Counted from the first letter of the stretch, positions 37,400-47,257 are shown. The stretch is DNA of 59,562 nt from Acidimicrobiia bacterium (GCA_041742825.1 JBGTNX010000062.1:1-59562), one strand, 5' to 3'. Numbers and translations: made by a program. Notes: generated by a model not told the origin, from the sequence alone.

Positions 37400-37967
37400 C
37401 AAACCCAGACAGACCCCGGTAAAGATCGTCGTCGCCGGCGGATTTGGCGTGGGCAAGACCACCTTCGTCGGCGCAATCTCGGAGATCGAACCGCTGCGCA
37501 GTGAGGCCCTGATCACCCAGGCGAGCGCCGGGGTCGACGAGCTGTTTGAGAATGGTTCGAAGACAACGACAACTGTCGCCATGGACTTCGGGAGGATCTC
37601 GCTGAAAGACGGCCTGGTGCTGTACCTGTTCGGGACTCCGGGACAGGACCGTTTCCATTTCATGTGGCACGAACTGGCCAAAGGCGCCATCGGTGCCGTG
37701 GTGTTGGTCGACACCCGCCGACTCGATGCTTGTTTCGCAGCTGTCGACTTTTTCGAGCAACGGGACACTCCCTTTATGGTCGTTGTCAATACCTTTGATG
37801 GCAGGCTGAACCACAGCCTGGAAGATGTCCGTGAGGCGCTGAACGTCTCGCCAGAGGTCCCGATGGCCTATTGCGATGCCAGAGTCAGAGTCGATGTGCA
37901 GAGCACGCTCTATCAGCTTGTCGAATATGCGCTCCTGCGGGCATTGCAGGGAATTCCGGTCTCATGA
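37380..37967 (+). CDS. Small GTPase (MglA-like) conservon protein CvnD
   Basis: KIVVAGGFGVGKTT, TTTVAMDFGR, LFGTPGQDRF. Confidence 0.93.
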   Translation: MASEASNKPRQTPVKIVVAGGFGVGKTTFVGAISEIEPLRSEALITQASAGVDELFENGSKTTTTVAMDFGRISLKDGLVLYLFGTPGQDRFHFMWHELAKGAIGAVVLVDTRRLDACFAAVDFFEQRDTPFMVVVNTFDGRLNHSLEDVREALNVSPEVPMAYCDARVRVDVQSTLYQLVEYALLRALQGIPVS

Positions 37968-38698
37968 CCGGTAAGAAGTACAAACCAGCGCCACCGGTGG
38001 AGCCCAAGACTCCAGTTGAACCCGCTGAAACACAGTCGCAAATCGAGGCGGTCGAGTTCACTCTCGCCAGCCTCGCCGAGAACTCTGACGGGGAGATCGA
38101 CACCAGGCTGAAGAGCGTGATCGATGCCGCGATCGTCGAGGTGGAACGCATCCTCGGCGAGGGAAAGCGGAAGGCTGAGTCCCTGGTCCAGGACGCCGAA
38201 CGGCTCCATGCCATCGCCAGCACTCAGGCCGACGAGGCGGAGTCACGCGCCCGCAACGCAGTGGCCGGGGAAGCCCGGGAGCTCCTCGAGAACGTCCAAC
38301 GTCTTCAATCCCAAGCTGAGGAGAAGGCAGCGAGGGTCATCGCGGAGGCGAAAGCGCGCACCGCTCAGACGGACAAGGAGATCGACGAGCGTCTCGCCGA
38401 GGCTGAGGCCGTCTACGAGAAGGTCGAACGACATATAGCGGCCCGTGAGGAGATCCTCGCCGAAGTCCGGAAGAAAGCGGACGCAATTATCCGGACGGCC
38501 AAGGCCACCGCAGAAACTGTGAAAGACGAGGCCCGTGAGACAGCTCGCAAGACCACTCAGAATGCTTCGATCGAGGCCGAGCGCATCATCCAAGTGGCCA
38601 AGGAAGAGGCCCGCCTGCACATGGACCGGGTAACTATCCAGGAGCGGGATGCCAAAGAGCGTCTCGAAGCAGCGAGAGCCCGCTCACAAACCGGTTGA
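37964..38698 (+). CDS. Ala/Glu-rich coiled-coil protein (DivIVA/Scy-like repeats)
   Basis: Recurrent A-x-x-[IL]-[IL]-x-x-A pattern (AESLVQDA, ARELLENV, AARVIAEA, ADAIIRTA, AERIIQVA); ATGA-coupled to cvnD. Confidence 0.7.
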   Translation: MTGKKYKPAPPVEPKTPVEPAETQSQIEAVEFTLASLAENSDGEIDTRLKSVIDAAIVEVERILGEGKRKAESLVQDAERLHAIASTQADEAESRARNAVAGEARELLENVQRLQSQAEEKAARVIAEAKARTAQTDKEIDERLAEAEAVYEKVERHIAAREEILAEVRKKADAIIRTAKATAETVKDEARETARKTTQNASIEAERIIQVAKEEARLHMDRVTIQERDAKERLEAARARSQTG

Positions 38699-38719
38699 CC
38701 GATAAAACGAAAATGACGC

Positions 38720-39684
38720 TCAGTCGTCGACGTGTCGTGGGGGAAGGCCGACCCGTTCCGCCAGCGCCTCTTCCCGATCCCTGACTATGCGGCGTCCGAT
38801 CTGGCGGGCGGCGTTGGTGATCCACATCGAGGTCTGGACGCCGCCGTGTAGTCGGCTTCGCCGAAAGCATCGATGCGCCGCTGTTCGAGAAGCCGGTTGG
38901 CTTGTCCGAACTCCACTTCCGATCCAGGGCGGTAGACGGCGTACGTCTTGCCACCGTTGGCGCCGACTACGGAGAAGACGGGCACATCTGAGGGGCCGTC
39001 GGCGATGTAGATCATGTTCTGGAACGGAACTCGCCGGTCTTCTGGAGCGATCTTGGAATTGACGTCGATGTTCGGGTTCCGGTTTGTCCCCTTGTTGATC
39101 TCGAAGATGGCCCGGGTCTTGGTCGTATTGTCGATTGTGTAGACCAGCTGGCGGATCTCCCGATCCGGGGAGAACAACGGCTCCTGGCCCTCGGAGTAAC
39201 CCGGAGGCGCAACCAATTCGGCGAACTCACACGCCCAAATCTCCGACATGTATGGGGCGATCGAGGAGCCCATGATCATCTGACGCAGGCCCGTCGATAC
39301 CACATAGTGCTCGACGACGATCTGGTGCTCGGCGAAACCGGGCTCGGACTCGACGGTCTTATCGAGAAGGTCGAAGAAGTCAGGGAGGCCGGGGTAGAAC
39401 TCGATCTCGGCGCCCAGTTCGAACAGGACGTCGTTGCTCAAACCAGCCATCTTCCCTTCTCGGACGTAGGTGAGGATGTGGTGCAGATACAGAGCGTCCC
39501 GTGCCACAAGGTGGGCGCCATGGTTGATGTAGAAGTCCTCGAGACCATCGACCTCGGCCCAGAAGTCGGGCTCATTGAGCTCGAAGCGACGGAACAACGG
39601 GCCTTGCATATTGCCGGGGATGAGGGTCTTGTCGAAGTCCCAGATGACCGCAATGACGTTTTGGGGGAAGAGCTGGCGGTTCAT
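38720..39684 (-). CDS. HAD-like hydrolase with apparent frameshift near the 3' end
   Basis: WDFDKTL, VVSTG, IADGPSDVP; after GEADYT a shifted frame reads GVQTSMWITNAARQIGRRIVRDREEALAERVGLPPRHVDD* to 38720. Confidence 0.75.
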
Positions 39685-39762
39685 TGTTTTCTCTAAGGCT
39701 ATCCACAACCCCGGAAATGGCAATGGGTAGCCCCCTTTGCGCCGGGCCGTTAGCGTGGGTGC

Positions 39763-40668
39763 ATGGAGTGGTTCACTGACACCACGGGCATCTCGGCCTC
39801 GGACCAGATGAAGATCCTTGCCTCGTTGGCGGTCATCGTCGGCGCGATAGTGCTCCGATCGCTTGTGTTGCGATACATCCAGTCCCGGGTTGACGACGAC
39901 AGTGAGTCCCAGGTCCTCTATCGAGCCCGGAAGATAGCCAGCTACACAGCGACTCTGGTGGTCCTGGTGTCGCTGGCATTCATCTGGATCGACGCCTTCG
40001 ACAACCTGGCGACATTCCTCGGGCTGCTTTCGGCCGGTATCGCCATTGCGCTGTCGGACCTGCTGAAGAACATGGCAGGCTGGGCATACATACTCACCCG
40101 GCGTCCGCTGAGCGTTGGCGACCGGATCGAAGTCGATGGCACCGTCGGCGACGTCGTCGATGTGAGGCTGTTCCGCTTTTCACTGATGGAGGTCGGTCAT
40201 TGGGTAGATGCCGAGCAGGCGACGGGCAGGCTCGTCCACGTGCCCAACGGGATCGTGTTCAGCCAGCAGCTCGCCAACTACACCGAAGGCTTCAGCCACA
40301 TCTGGGAGGACCTCCCGGTATTGCTCACATTCGAGTCCGACTACGAGCTTGCCGAACAGATCATCCGCAGGATCCTGGCCGAAAAGGCACCCGACGTCGA
40401 AGCCACGGCGGGGGCGAAGATTCGCCAGACGGCTCGCACTTATCAGATCAGGGTGGGCACCCTGACTCCCACCGTATACCTCTCCGTGCGTGACAGCGGT
40501 GTGCTGCTCACCGCCCGGTACCTCGTCGAAGCCCGATCCCGCCGCGGGGTGTCGGAGGCGATCTGGAGGGCATTGCTCGAAGCTTTCTCAGGTGAGGACA
40601 CCATCGACTTTGCCTACCCGACGTATCGCATCGTTGGCGGAGGCGCCCCACCGGAGCGAGACGCCTAG
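39763..40668 (+). CDS. MscS-family mechanosensitive channel
   Basis: 3 TM, GLLSAGIAIAL, RPLSVGDRIEV..GDVVD, FAYPT. Confidence 0.9.
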   Translation: MEWFTDTTGISASDQMKILASLAVIVGAIVLRSLVLRYIQSRVDDDSESQVLYRARKIASYTATLVVLVSLAFIWIDAFDNLATFLGLLSAGIAIALSDLLKNMAGWAYILTRRPLSVGDRIEVDGTVGDVVDVRLFRFSLMEVGHWVDAEQATGRLVHVPNGIVFSQQLANYTEGFSHIWEDLPVLLTFESDYELAEQIIRRILAEKAPDVEATAGAKIRQTARTYQIRVGTLTPTVYLSVRDSGVLLTARYLVEARSRRGVSEAIWRALLEAFSGEDTIDFAYPTYRIVGGGAPPERDA

Positions 40669-40669
40669 C

Positions 40670-40960
40670 TCACTTCTTCAGCTCGCAGAAGCGCCAGTCG
40701 CCGCGTCGTATGTGCCCCGGACTCCACCGGCAGCACGTAGCCGTCGTCAGTGACCTCCGGGCATGCCTTGGCGATGGCCATCGCCGACCACCCTTCACCG
40801 CATCCAAGGTCTGCGACACGTGCGGGGCCAGAGAGACTTTCGTGAACGTGGGGCACCGACGGGAACCAGCTCGTCTCCAGGTCGCTGGCAAACCAGGGGC
40901 GGTTCTTATTCCCCTGGCCGGTTCGCATTTCCGGTCCGAACCGGCCCTTGTCCGCGCCAC
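40670..40960 (-). pseudogene. Degraded class I SAM-dependent methyltransferase
   Basis: RVADLGCGEGWS motif I jumps almost directly to a C-terminal-like VLPVE...WRFCEL split across frames; most of the domain is missing. Confidence 0.65.
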
Positions 40961-41052
40961 CGATAACCCGATCATCTGCGTCGCCAACCATCTCCGGCAC
41001 TTACCTCGAGCTGCTCCTCGAGGTGGACGCCACAGCTGCTGTCTGAACGAAC

Positions 41053-41460
41053 TCAGCCCTTCAGGAACGAGAGCAGGACCTTCCTGGTGTGATTGTCGAC
41101 GTTTGTGTCTACCAGGACCAGGGACTGCCAGGTGCCCAATTGGAGTTGTCCATCGAGGACGGGGACGGTCACCGAGGGACTGATGAAGGCCGGCAGCACA
41201 TGATCCCGCCCGTGGCCCGGAGTGCCGTGGTCATGGCGCCATCTGCCGGGCTCCGGCGGTAGGAGGGTGTCCAGCGTCTGGAGCAGGTCGGTATCGCTGC
41301 CGGCACCTGTCTCGAAGATGGCGATCCCCGCGGTGGCGTGGGGCACAAAAACGGAGACAAGCCCGTCACCGAGATCAGCGCAGAAGACGGCGACCTCGGA
41401 TGTGATGTCGGTTGCATCCGGGTCCGACCCGGTGCGGATCTCGAGAGTTGCGGTCTCCAC
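41053..41460 (-). CDS. YjbQ/UPF0047 family protein
   Basis: FVPHATAG, GHGRDH, LGTWQSLVLVD. Confidence 0.9.
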   Translation of the reverse strand: METATLEIRTGSDPDATDITSEVAVFCADLGDGLVSVFVPHATAGIAIFETGAGSDTDLLQTLDTLLPPEPGRWRHDHGTPGHGRDHVLPAFISPSVTVPVLDGQLQLGTWQSLVLVDTNVDNHTRKVLLSFLKG

Positions 41461-41474
41461 GACTGGTTCGAGCG

Positions 41475-42020
41475 TTAGCTCTCGCAGTTTTCCTCGAACC
41501 AGGCGTTGATGTTGTCGCTTGCCTCCTCGAAGGCATCGTTGTCCATCGATTCCGCCAGTGCTGAAAGTTCGGCCAGCTGTTCGGCGTCGGGTGTGGTTCC
41601 TGCCTCGTAGCCGGACTCGGCGAGTGCGGTGTAGAAAGCGGCGAGCTGTTCGGCGATTACATCCAGATCGTCTTTGATCTCATCCGGAGCGGCTTCGGCC
41701 ATCGCCTCGAGCTGGTCTGCAGAGAGCTGCAGAGACTCTTCGTCGAGACTTCCGCCAAATGCCTGCGCCATTCCTGTCGTATAGGCGCCCATCGCTGCGG
41801 CCATCCCCTGCGCGGCGTCGAGGCAAGTTGACGAGAAATCATCGATTCCGACGCTGCCGTCGTTGCCGTCGTCGGGCGTTGTTGTCGTAGTCGTGGTGAC
41901 GTTGCCGTCGTCAGACGACGCAGGGGTCGTGTCATCGCTCCCGGCTCCGCCGCCGCATGACACGACGACGAGGGCAACCAACAACACGCCAAGGACCCGG
42001 ACTCCAGCAAATTTCTTCAT
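41475..42020 (-). CDS. Acidic lipoprotein with Thr-rich linker
   Basis: Lipobox VVSC, poly-Thr linker, helical acidic domain (APDEIKDD) with Cys pair. Confidence 0.75.
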   Translation of the reverse strand: MKKFAGVRVLGVLLVALVVVSCGGGAGSDDTTPASSDDGNVTTTTTTTPDDGNDGSVGIDDFSSTCLDAAQGMAAAMGAYTTGMAQAFGGSLDEESLQLSADQLEAMAEAAPDEIKDDLDVIAEQLAAFYTALAESGYEAGTTPDAEQLAELSALAESMDNDAFEEASDNINAWFEENCES

Positions 42021-42086
42021 GAGTTCCCCACTAGATCGAACAGTCCGGACACTCTAGCGACGGCGATCGACCCTGGATGGCCGGGG

Positions 42087-42806
42087 TCAGTCTGCCTCGT
42101 GGATGCTCCGCATCGACCACAGGAGTGTTCGCATCGTCCGCGGCTGCTTGAGGACCGTGACCACGGCCGAGGCGACGTCTTCGGGGCGCATCATGTCGGC
42201 GAGGCCCGGCATGTCCGGGGTGCGTCCGGAGCCCATGGCGAATTCGGTTGCGGTCCCTCCCGGGCTCAGAGTCGACACCCTGATGCCGTGCTCGCGCAGC
42301 TCCCGGTCGAGAGCTCCGGCCAGGCCGACCTGGGCGAACTTGGTGGCAGCATAAACGGCTTCGTCAGCTGCGCCGCGCAGTCCGGCGACGGACGCAACGA
42401 TCAAAATGTCACCCGCGCCGGCTTCTATGAACCCGGGCACGGCAGCCCGGATCGGCCATACCGTCCCGGCGATATTGGTTTCCATCATCTCGTTGAGCTG
42501 CTCGTCGCTCAGGTCCATGATCCCGCCGTATGCACCGATCCCGGCGTTGGCGACCAGCGCATCGAGCCGCCCGAACTTCTCGTACGCCTGCGCGATGAGA
42601 CGACCCGAATCTTCGGGCTTGGTCACATCCATCTCTACCACAGCCACGGTCTCCCCTAATTCGGATGCGAGCTCATCGAGGCGGTCGGTGCGCCTGGCTC
42701 CGAGCACCAGAGACACTCCTTCGGCTGCAAGAGCGCGGGCGCTGGCGGCCCCGATCCCCGCACTGGCTCCGGTGATGGCTGCGACTGTTCCGCTGATGTC
42801 TCTCAT
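42087..42806 (-). CDS. Short-chain dehydrogenase/reductase (sugar-alcohol dehydrogenase-like)
   Basis: TGASAGIG, ANAG, YAATK. Confidence 0.88.
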   Translation of the reverse strand: MRDISGTVAAITGASAGIGAASARALAAEGVSLVLGARRTDRLDELASELGETVAVVEMDVTKPEDSGRLIAQAYEKFGRLDALVANAGIGAYGGIMDLSDEQLNEMMETNIAGTVWPIRAAVPGFIEAGAGDILIVASVAGLRGAADEAVYAATKFAQVGLAGALDRELREHGIRVSTLSPGGTATEFAMGSGRTPDMPGLADMMRPEDVASAVVTVLKQPRTMRTLLWSMRSIHEAD

Positions 42807-42932
42807 TTGGACTCCTGTGCTGGTTGGCGATGCTGAGTGTTGCCCGTTTATCCCACCATATTTGGTAGCCGGTGGATGGGCGAACAGGTCGCCGGCGCCG
42901 AAGGTGTGGCGACGGTTCTAGGCTCACCGGAA

Positions 42933-44513
42933 ATGGCCATCACAAGCTCCCGGTTTGTGCAGATGGGCGACCGGCAGGTCCCGGTGGTGCTGCCCAATAC
43001 CCGCGACCCCCGCCTGCACACGGCCTCGGTCATCATCTCGGTGCACGTCATCGGGATCACTGCTCTCGGGTTCAGGGTCTCGGTACCGCAAATATTCTCT
43101 GCGATTGTGACGGCCGCCGCGATCGACGTGGTCCTGGCCTACCGCAGCACCGGCAAACTGGTCTGGCCGGCTAGCGGAATGCTCACCGGAAGCGGGGTGG
43201 CGCTGATCCTGCGGCTGGTCGGGATGGAGAGCGGCAACTACTGGAGTTGGGAAGGCTGGTACCTGTTCTCTGCAATTGCCGGGATCTCGCTGCTCACCAA
43301 ACACCTGATCCGCTTCGGCGGAACCCACGTCTTCAACCCGTCGAACGTGGGCCTGGTGGCGGCCTTCCTCATTCTGGGTAGCGGCGTGGTCGAGCCCCTC
43401 GACTTCTGGTGGGCACCGATGGGTTTTTGGATGGGGTTGGCGTATCTCGTGATCATTGTCGGAGGGATCCTCATCACCCGTCGGCTCCGGCTCCTCGAGA
43501 TGGCAGTCGGCTACTGGGCGGCCCTCACCGGTGGCCTCGCGGTCCTGGCCGGTTCCGGCCACTGCATGACCGCGGCTTGGTCGGTCGACCCAGTCTGCGG
43601 GACCAGGTTCTGGACTGCTCTGGTCACCTCCCCGGAGATTCTCATCTTCATGTTCTTCATGATCACCGACCCCAAGACCGTCCCGTCCGGGCGCCTGGCC
43701 CGTCTTGTCTTCGCGTTGAGCCTCGGCGCGGTGACGACAATGCTCATGGCGCCGCAAACCGTCGAGTTCGGGACGAAGGTGGCTCTGCTGGGAAGCCTTG
43801 TGTTGTGGAGCCCAATCCGCGGTGCTTTCGATCGGTACCTCCCTGACGCGGATCCGAACCGCACGGCGTTCACCGAACTTCTCGACCGGTCGACCGGAGT
43901 GAGCCGACGCGCGGCGAAAGTCTTCGCCAGTGGGCTTGCAGTTGGTTCGTTCGTCGTCGTACTCACTGTTGTGATCGTTCTCGCCGGCGCTCCGGCCCGG
44001 GCTCCCATCGATTCGGGATCGGTGCCGTCGGCCCCGGGAATTGTCGCTGACATCGATCCGGCCGGCCTGCCCGAAGTGGTCGTCGGCCCAGGCATGGAGG
44101 CAGTCAGCATCGATGTCGACGGGGAGTTCTCCCGGAGTCTCGCCGTCAACCTCGTAGAGAACCTATGGATCGAAGGCGAAGCAATCCGCCTTGGGGACGG
44201 GAGCTTTCTCGCCGGGGCCGACGCCGCCAATCGGCTGGTGGAGATGCAACAGAGGGTCGACGACGCGATCGCAACCGGTGAGCGGGTGGTCCACGAGTAC
44301 CGGTTCGAATCTCTCACCCTCGGTGTGGCAGACAACGGGGGAGACCAGCTGGGGGCAGCCCTGTCTTTGGCGGCCACCGGCACCCTCGGAGTCGTCAGCT
44401 ACGACGCCTTCGGTACCGAGCAGGACCGGAGCGAGGCACCGTTCGCCGCCACCTTCATCATGCGCCAGCTGGGTGGAGACAGGTGGCTCCTGGTCGAAGT
44501 GCGTCAGGATTAG
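42933..44513 (+). CDS. Stand-alone RnfD/NqrB-like (UnbU-like) membrane protein with C-terminal soluble domain
   Basis: RDPRL, SLLTKH...HVFNPSNVG, FMFFMITDPKT; about 10 TM. Confidence 0.75.
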   Translation: MAITSSRFVQMGDRQVPVVLPNTRDPRLHTASVIISVHVIGITALGFRVSVPQIFSAIVTAAAIDVVLAYRSTGKLVWPASGMLTGSGVALILRLVGMESGNYWSWEGWYLFSAIAGISLLTKHLIRFGGTHVFNPSNVGLVAAFLILGSGVVEPLDFWWAPMGFWMGLAYLVIIVGGILITRRLRLLEMAVGYWAALTGGLAVLAGSGHCMTAAWSVDPVCGTRFWTALVTSPEILIFMFFMITDPKTVPSGRLARLVFALSLGAVTTMLMAPQTVEFGTKVALLGSLVLWSPIRGAFDRYLPDADPNRTAFTELLDRSTGVSRRAAKVFASGLAVGSFVVVLTVVIVLAGAPARAPIDSGSVPSAPGIVADIDPAGLPEVVVGPGMEAVSIDVDGEFSRSLAVNLVENLWIEGEAIRLGDGSFLAGADAANRLVEMQQRVDDAIATGERVVHEYRFESLTLGVADNGGDQLGAALSLAATGTLGVVSYDAFGTEQDRSEAPFAATFIMRQLGGDRWLLVEVRQD

Positions 44514-44535
44514 CCCGCTTCGGTAACCAACCTCA

Positions 44536-46200
44536 TCACCCCAGCGGAGACCACTCCTCGTAGGTCGCCTCGTTGCGGTCCACTACAATGAATCGGTCGG
44601 CGTCGACTTCTATCCACGGCCCCGCTTCACCGTCAGGCCAAACGACGCGAATCTCGGCTTCGGAGGCACCACCAAGCCCGATGTGGATCCAGCCGAGTTG
44701 GCCGCCGGCGTGGCCACCGCCCACCGTTATCTCGCGGCGGATGATCCCGTCGTCGTGTCGGACCTCGATCCATGAGCCGATAGCGTCAGAATTGGGACCG
44801 GGCTGCTTGATGTCGACAACAATCCAGTGTCCCGGCGCCACCTCGTCTCCGGGCGTGGCCGGCCCGAGGTTTCTCCATAGCTTCACGTTCTCACGGCGGT
44901 CGACTACAACGACGTCGAGGAGACCGTCGAGATTCAGGTCGACAACTGCTGCACCCCGGCTCCGTCCCATGCTTGCGAGCCGGGCCACACCGGCCCCTTC
45001 GACAAAGGTCCCATCGGGTTGCCCGAGGAGGAGGTTGTTGGGATCTTGCATCGCGAACTCGGGCACGGCATCGACGTTCCCCTTCGTGACGAAAAGGTCC
45101 ATGAAGCCGTCATTGTTGACGTCTTCGAACTCGGCATGCCAGGCCGTCGAAGGTCGGGTCGTATCGCCCGCAAAGGGGCGGTGTGCGGTAGCACCCGAAG
45201 AAAGTGCGATGTCTTCGTACGTCGGGTTCTCCGGCCCGTCGACGAGCGTCTGCAGCTTGTTGTCACCCTGGCTCGTCAGAAAGATTTCAGGTAGAGCGTC
45301 TCCGTCGATGTCGTGGCTGGCGATGCCCATGCCCCAGATCTGAGTCTCTTGCCACCCGTCCTCGCGGGTGTAGAGCGTGGGCGCCTCGCCCTCCACAATG
45401 CGCCAAAGCTGCTCCTCGCCATCGCGGTAGTAGTGGCGGTCATTGGTCATCCTCAAGTCGCGTTGTCCGCTCCGACCCCAGTCGCTGAAGAGGATCGAAA
45501 GTGTGCACCACCCGGGTGTGAGCCGCTCCGGGGTGCCGTAGCCGCTTTCATCCGGACGAAACATGAAGTGATCGGCGCATCCTTCGGCCCGCTGACCCTC
45601 CTCGGGGATCTCTAGATAGTTCCCGAAGGCGAGGGTCGGGAGGGCGGCATCCCCCTCCCAGGTGGCGCTGAACGAAGCTGTCCAATCATCGCCTCCGTCC
45701 ACTCCCCATATCTCATTTGCCCGTTCGAATCGGCAGTCGCCGAGACCTCGGAGCATGAGATTTTCTCCGACCCGGAGCACCGCCAGGTCGGTGACTCCGT
45801 CCGAGTCGACATCGAGCGGGTAGGCCCCGCTGACCCCGTCGACGTCCGTGAGCGGGTCGGACCGCTTCGAGAATCGGAGTTCGCCACCGGCTTTGCCTTC
45901 GTTGCGGAACAGTGACGCGGCGCGGGAACCACCGGCAAAGTACAGGTCGGGCATCCCGTCGTCGTCACAATCGAAGGAGGCGACTCCGCCGCCGACGAAG
46001 AACAGGAACTCTCCGTCGTAGACATGCTCCACTACGGATTCCTCGCCAAATAGCGGGGGCCCTGCCGCCTCCCGGCTCCCCTCACCCTCGATTAGTTGCA
46101 TGGCTGCGAGGGCGAGACCCGAGGTGACGACGGCGCCCAAGACCAGACCGGCCAGTAGGAGGAGGACGTTCCTCGATCGCCGAACCGCTGCTTCGGTCAT
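44536..46200 (-). CDS. CRTAC1-family protein (FG-GAP/VCBS repeats + ASPIC/UnbV domain)
   Basis: Repeats DCDDDGMPDL, DVDSDGVTDL, DIDGDALPEI, DVNNDGFMDL, DLNLDGLLDV; C-terminal DAIGSWI...HIGLG...IRVVWPDG; N-terminal TM. Confidence 0.88.
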   Translation of the reverse strand: MTEAAVRRSRNVLLLLAGLVLGAVVTSGLALAAMQLIEGEGSREAAGPPLFGEESVVEHVYDGEFLFFVGGGVASFDCDDDGMPDLYFAGGSRAASLFRNEGKAGGELRFSKRSDPLTDVDGVSGAYPLDVDSDGVTDLAVLRVGENLMLRGLGDCRFERANEIWGVDGGDDWTASFSATWEGDAALPTLAFGNYLEIPEEGQRAEGCADHFMFRPDESGYGTPERLTPGWCTLSILFSDWGRSGQRDLRMTNDRHYYRDGEEQLWRIVEGEAPTLYTREDGWQETQIWGMGIASHDIDGDALPEIFLTSQGDNKLQTLVDGPENPTYEDIALSSGATAHRPFAGDTTRPSTAWHAEFEDVNNDGFMDLFVTKGNVDAVPEFAMQDPNNLLLGQPDGTFVEGAGVARLASMGRSRGAAVVDLNLDGLLDVVVVDRRENVKLWRNLGPATPGDEVAPGHWIVVDIKQPGPNSDAIGSWIEVRHDDGIIRREITVGGGHAGGQLGWIHIGLGGASEAEIRVVWPDGEAGPWIEVDADRFIVVDRNEATYEEWSPLG

Positions 46201-46265
46201 CGCGCTTGCCGGGTGGGGGCGGGAGGTGGACAATGCGACGAAGCCGTCACAGAGAGAGAGCCAGA

Positions 46266-47252
46266 GTGGAAAAGACCCAGAATCCGCTGAGGTGGGGTGT
46301 TCTTGGCGCCGCCGACATCGCGGTGCACAAAGTGATCCCTGCGATCAATGCGTCCCGGGAGGGCCGTGTCGATGCCATCGCGTCGCGGACGGAAGATCGG
46401 GCTAGGAGCGCTGCCGGAGCCCTCGGAATTCCCAGGTGGTTCGGGTCGTATCAGGGTCTCCTCGACGATCCGGACATCGAAGCCGTTTACATCCCCCTGC
46501 CCAACCATCTCCACAAGGAGTGGACTCTCGCCGCGGCCGCGGCGGGAAAGCACGTCCTCTGTGAGAAGCCGCTGGCGATGTCGTCCCAGGATGCAAGGAA
46601 GATGATCGATGCATGCGAGGCGGCCGGGGTGAAGCTGATGGAGGCCTTCATGTACCGGCTCCACCCGATGTGGCTCGAGGTACGGAGCCTCGTCGACGGG
46701 GGAGCTATCGGTGACCTCGTTGCCATCCAATCCTTCTTCTCCTATTACAACGACGACGCATCCGACATACGCAACATCCCCGAAGTCGGGGGTGGCGCCC
46801 TCTACGACATCGGCTGCTATCCGGTGAACGTGGGTCGGATGCTGTTCGGTTCCGAACCGACGGTGGTCAAGGCGTCGATCCGGCGCGATGCCGACTTCGG
46901 TACCGACACCATGACTTCGGCCGTCCTCGATTTCGGGGGCCGGCACATGACCTTCACCTGTTCGACCCGCATGGCAGACCATCAGTGGGTGGGGATCCAG
47001 GGGACTACGGGCCGACTGGTGGTTGAAATCCCGTTCAACATCCCGCCCGATCGCTCCACCCGCATCCTGCAGTACGAAAACGGATCGCCATCGGCAAAGG
47101 TTCACGAGATTCCCCCGACCGACCAGTACGGGGTCCAGGCCGACGGGTTTGCACGAGCGATACGCAATGACACCGCCGTTCCGACCCCGGTCGTCGATGC
47201 CATCGGGAATCTGGTTGTCATCGAGCAAATCTTCGCCGATGGAGCCAGCTAA
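46266..47252 (+). CDS. Gfo/Idh/MocA oxidoreductase (xylose/glucose dehydrogenase-like)
   Basis: WGVLGAADIA, YIPLPNHLH, GKHVLCEKP, GGALYDIGCY; start uncertain. Confidence 0.88.
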   Translation: MEKTQNPLRWGVLGAADIAVHKVIPAINASREGRVDAIASRTEDRARSAAGALGIPRWFGSYQGLLDDPDIEAVYIPLPNHLHKEWTLAAAAAGKHVLCEKPLAMSSQDARKMIDACEAAGVKLMEAFMYRLHPMWLEVRSLVDGGAIGDLVAIQSFFSYYNDDASDIRNIPEVGGGALYDIGCYPVNVGRMLFGSEPTVVKASIRRDADFGTDTMTSAVLDFGGRHMTFTCSTRMADHQWVGIQGTTGRLVVEIPFNIPPDRSTRILQYENGSPSAKVHEIPPTDQYGVQADGFARAIRNDTAVPTPVVDAIGNLVVIEQIFADGAS

Positions 47253-47257
47253 CCCAC

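Noticed and set aside
39699-39708. DnaA-box-like CTATCCACA
   Set aside because: Single imperfect copy with no oriC context
42933-46200. Enediyne biosynthetic cluster or Rnf/Nqr complex
   Set aside because: No PKS, UnbL or other rnf/nqr subunits nearby
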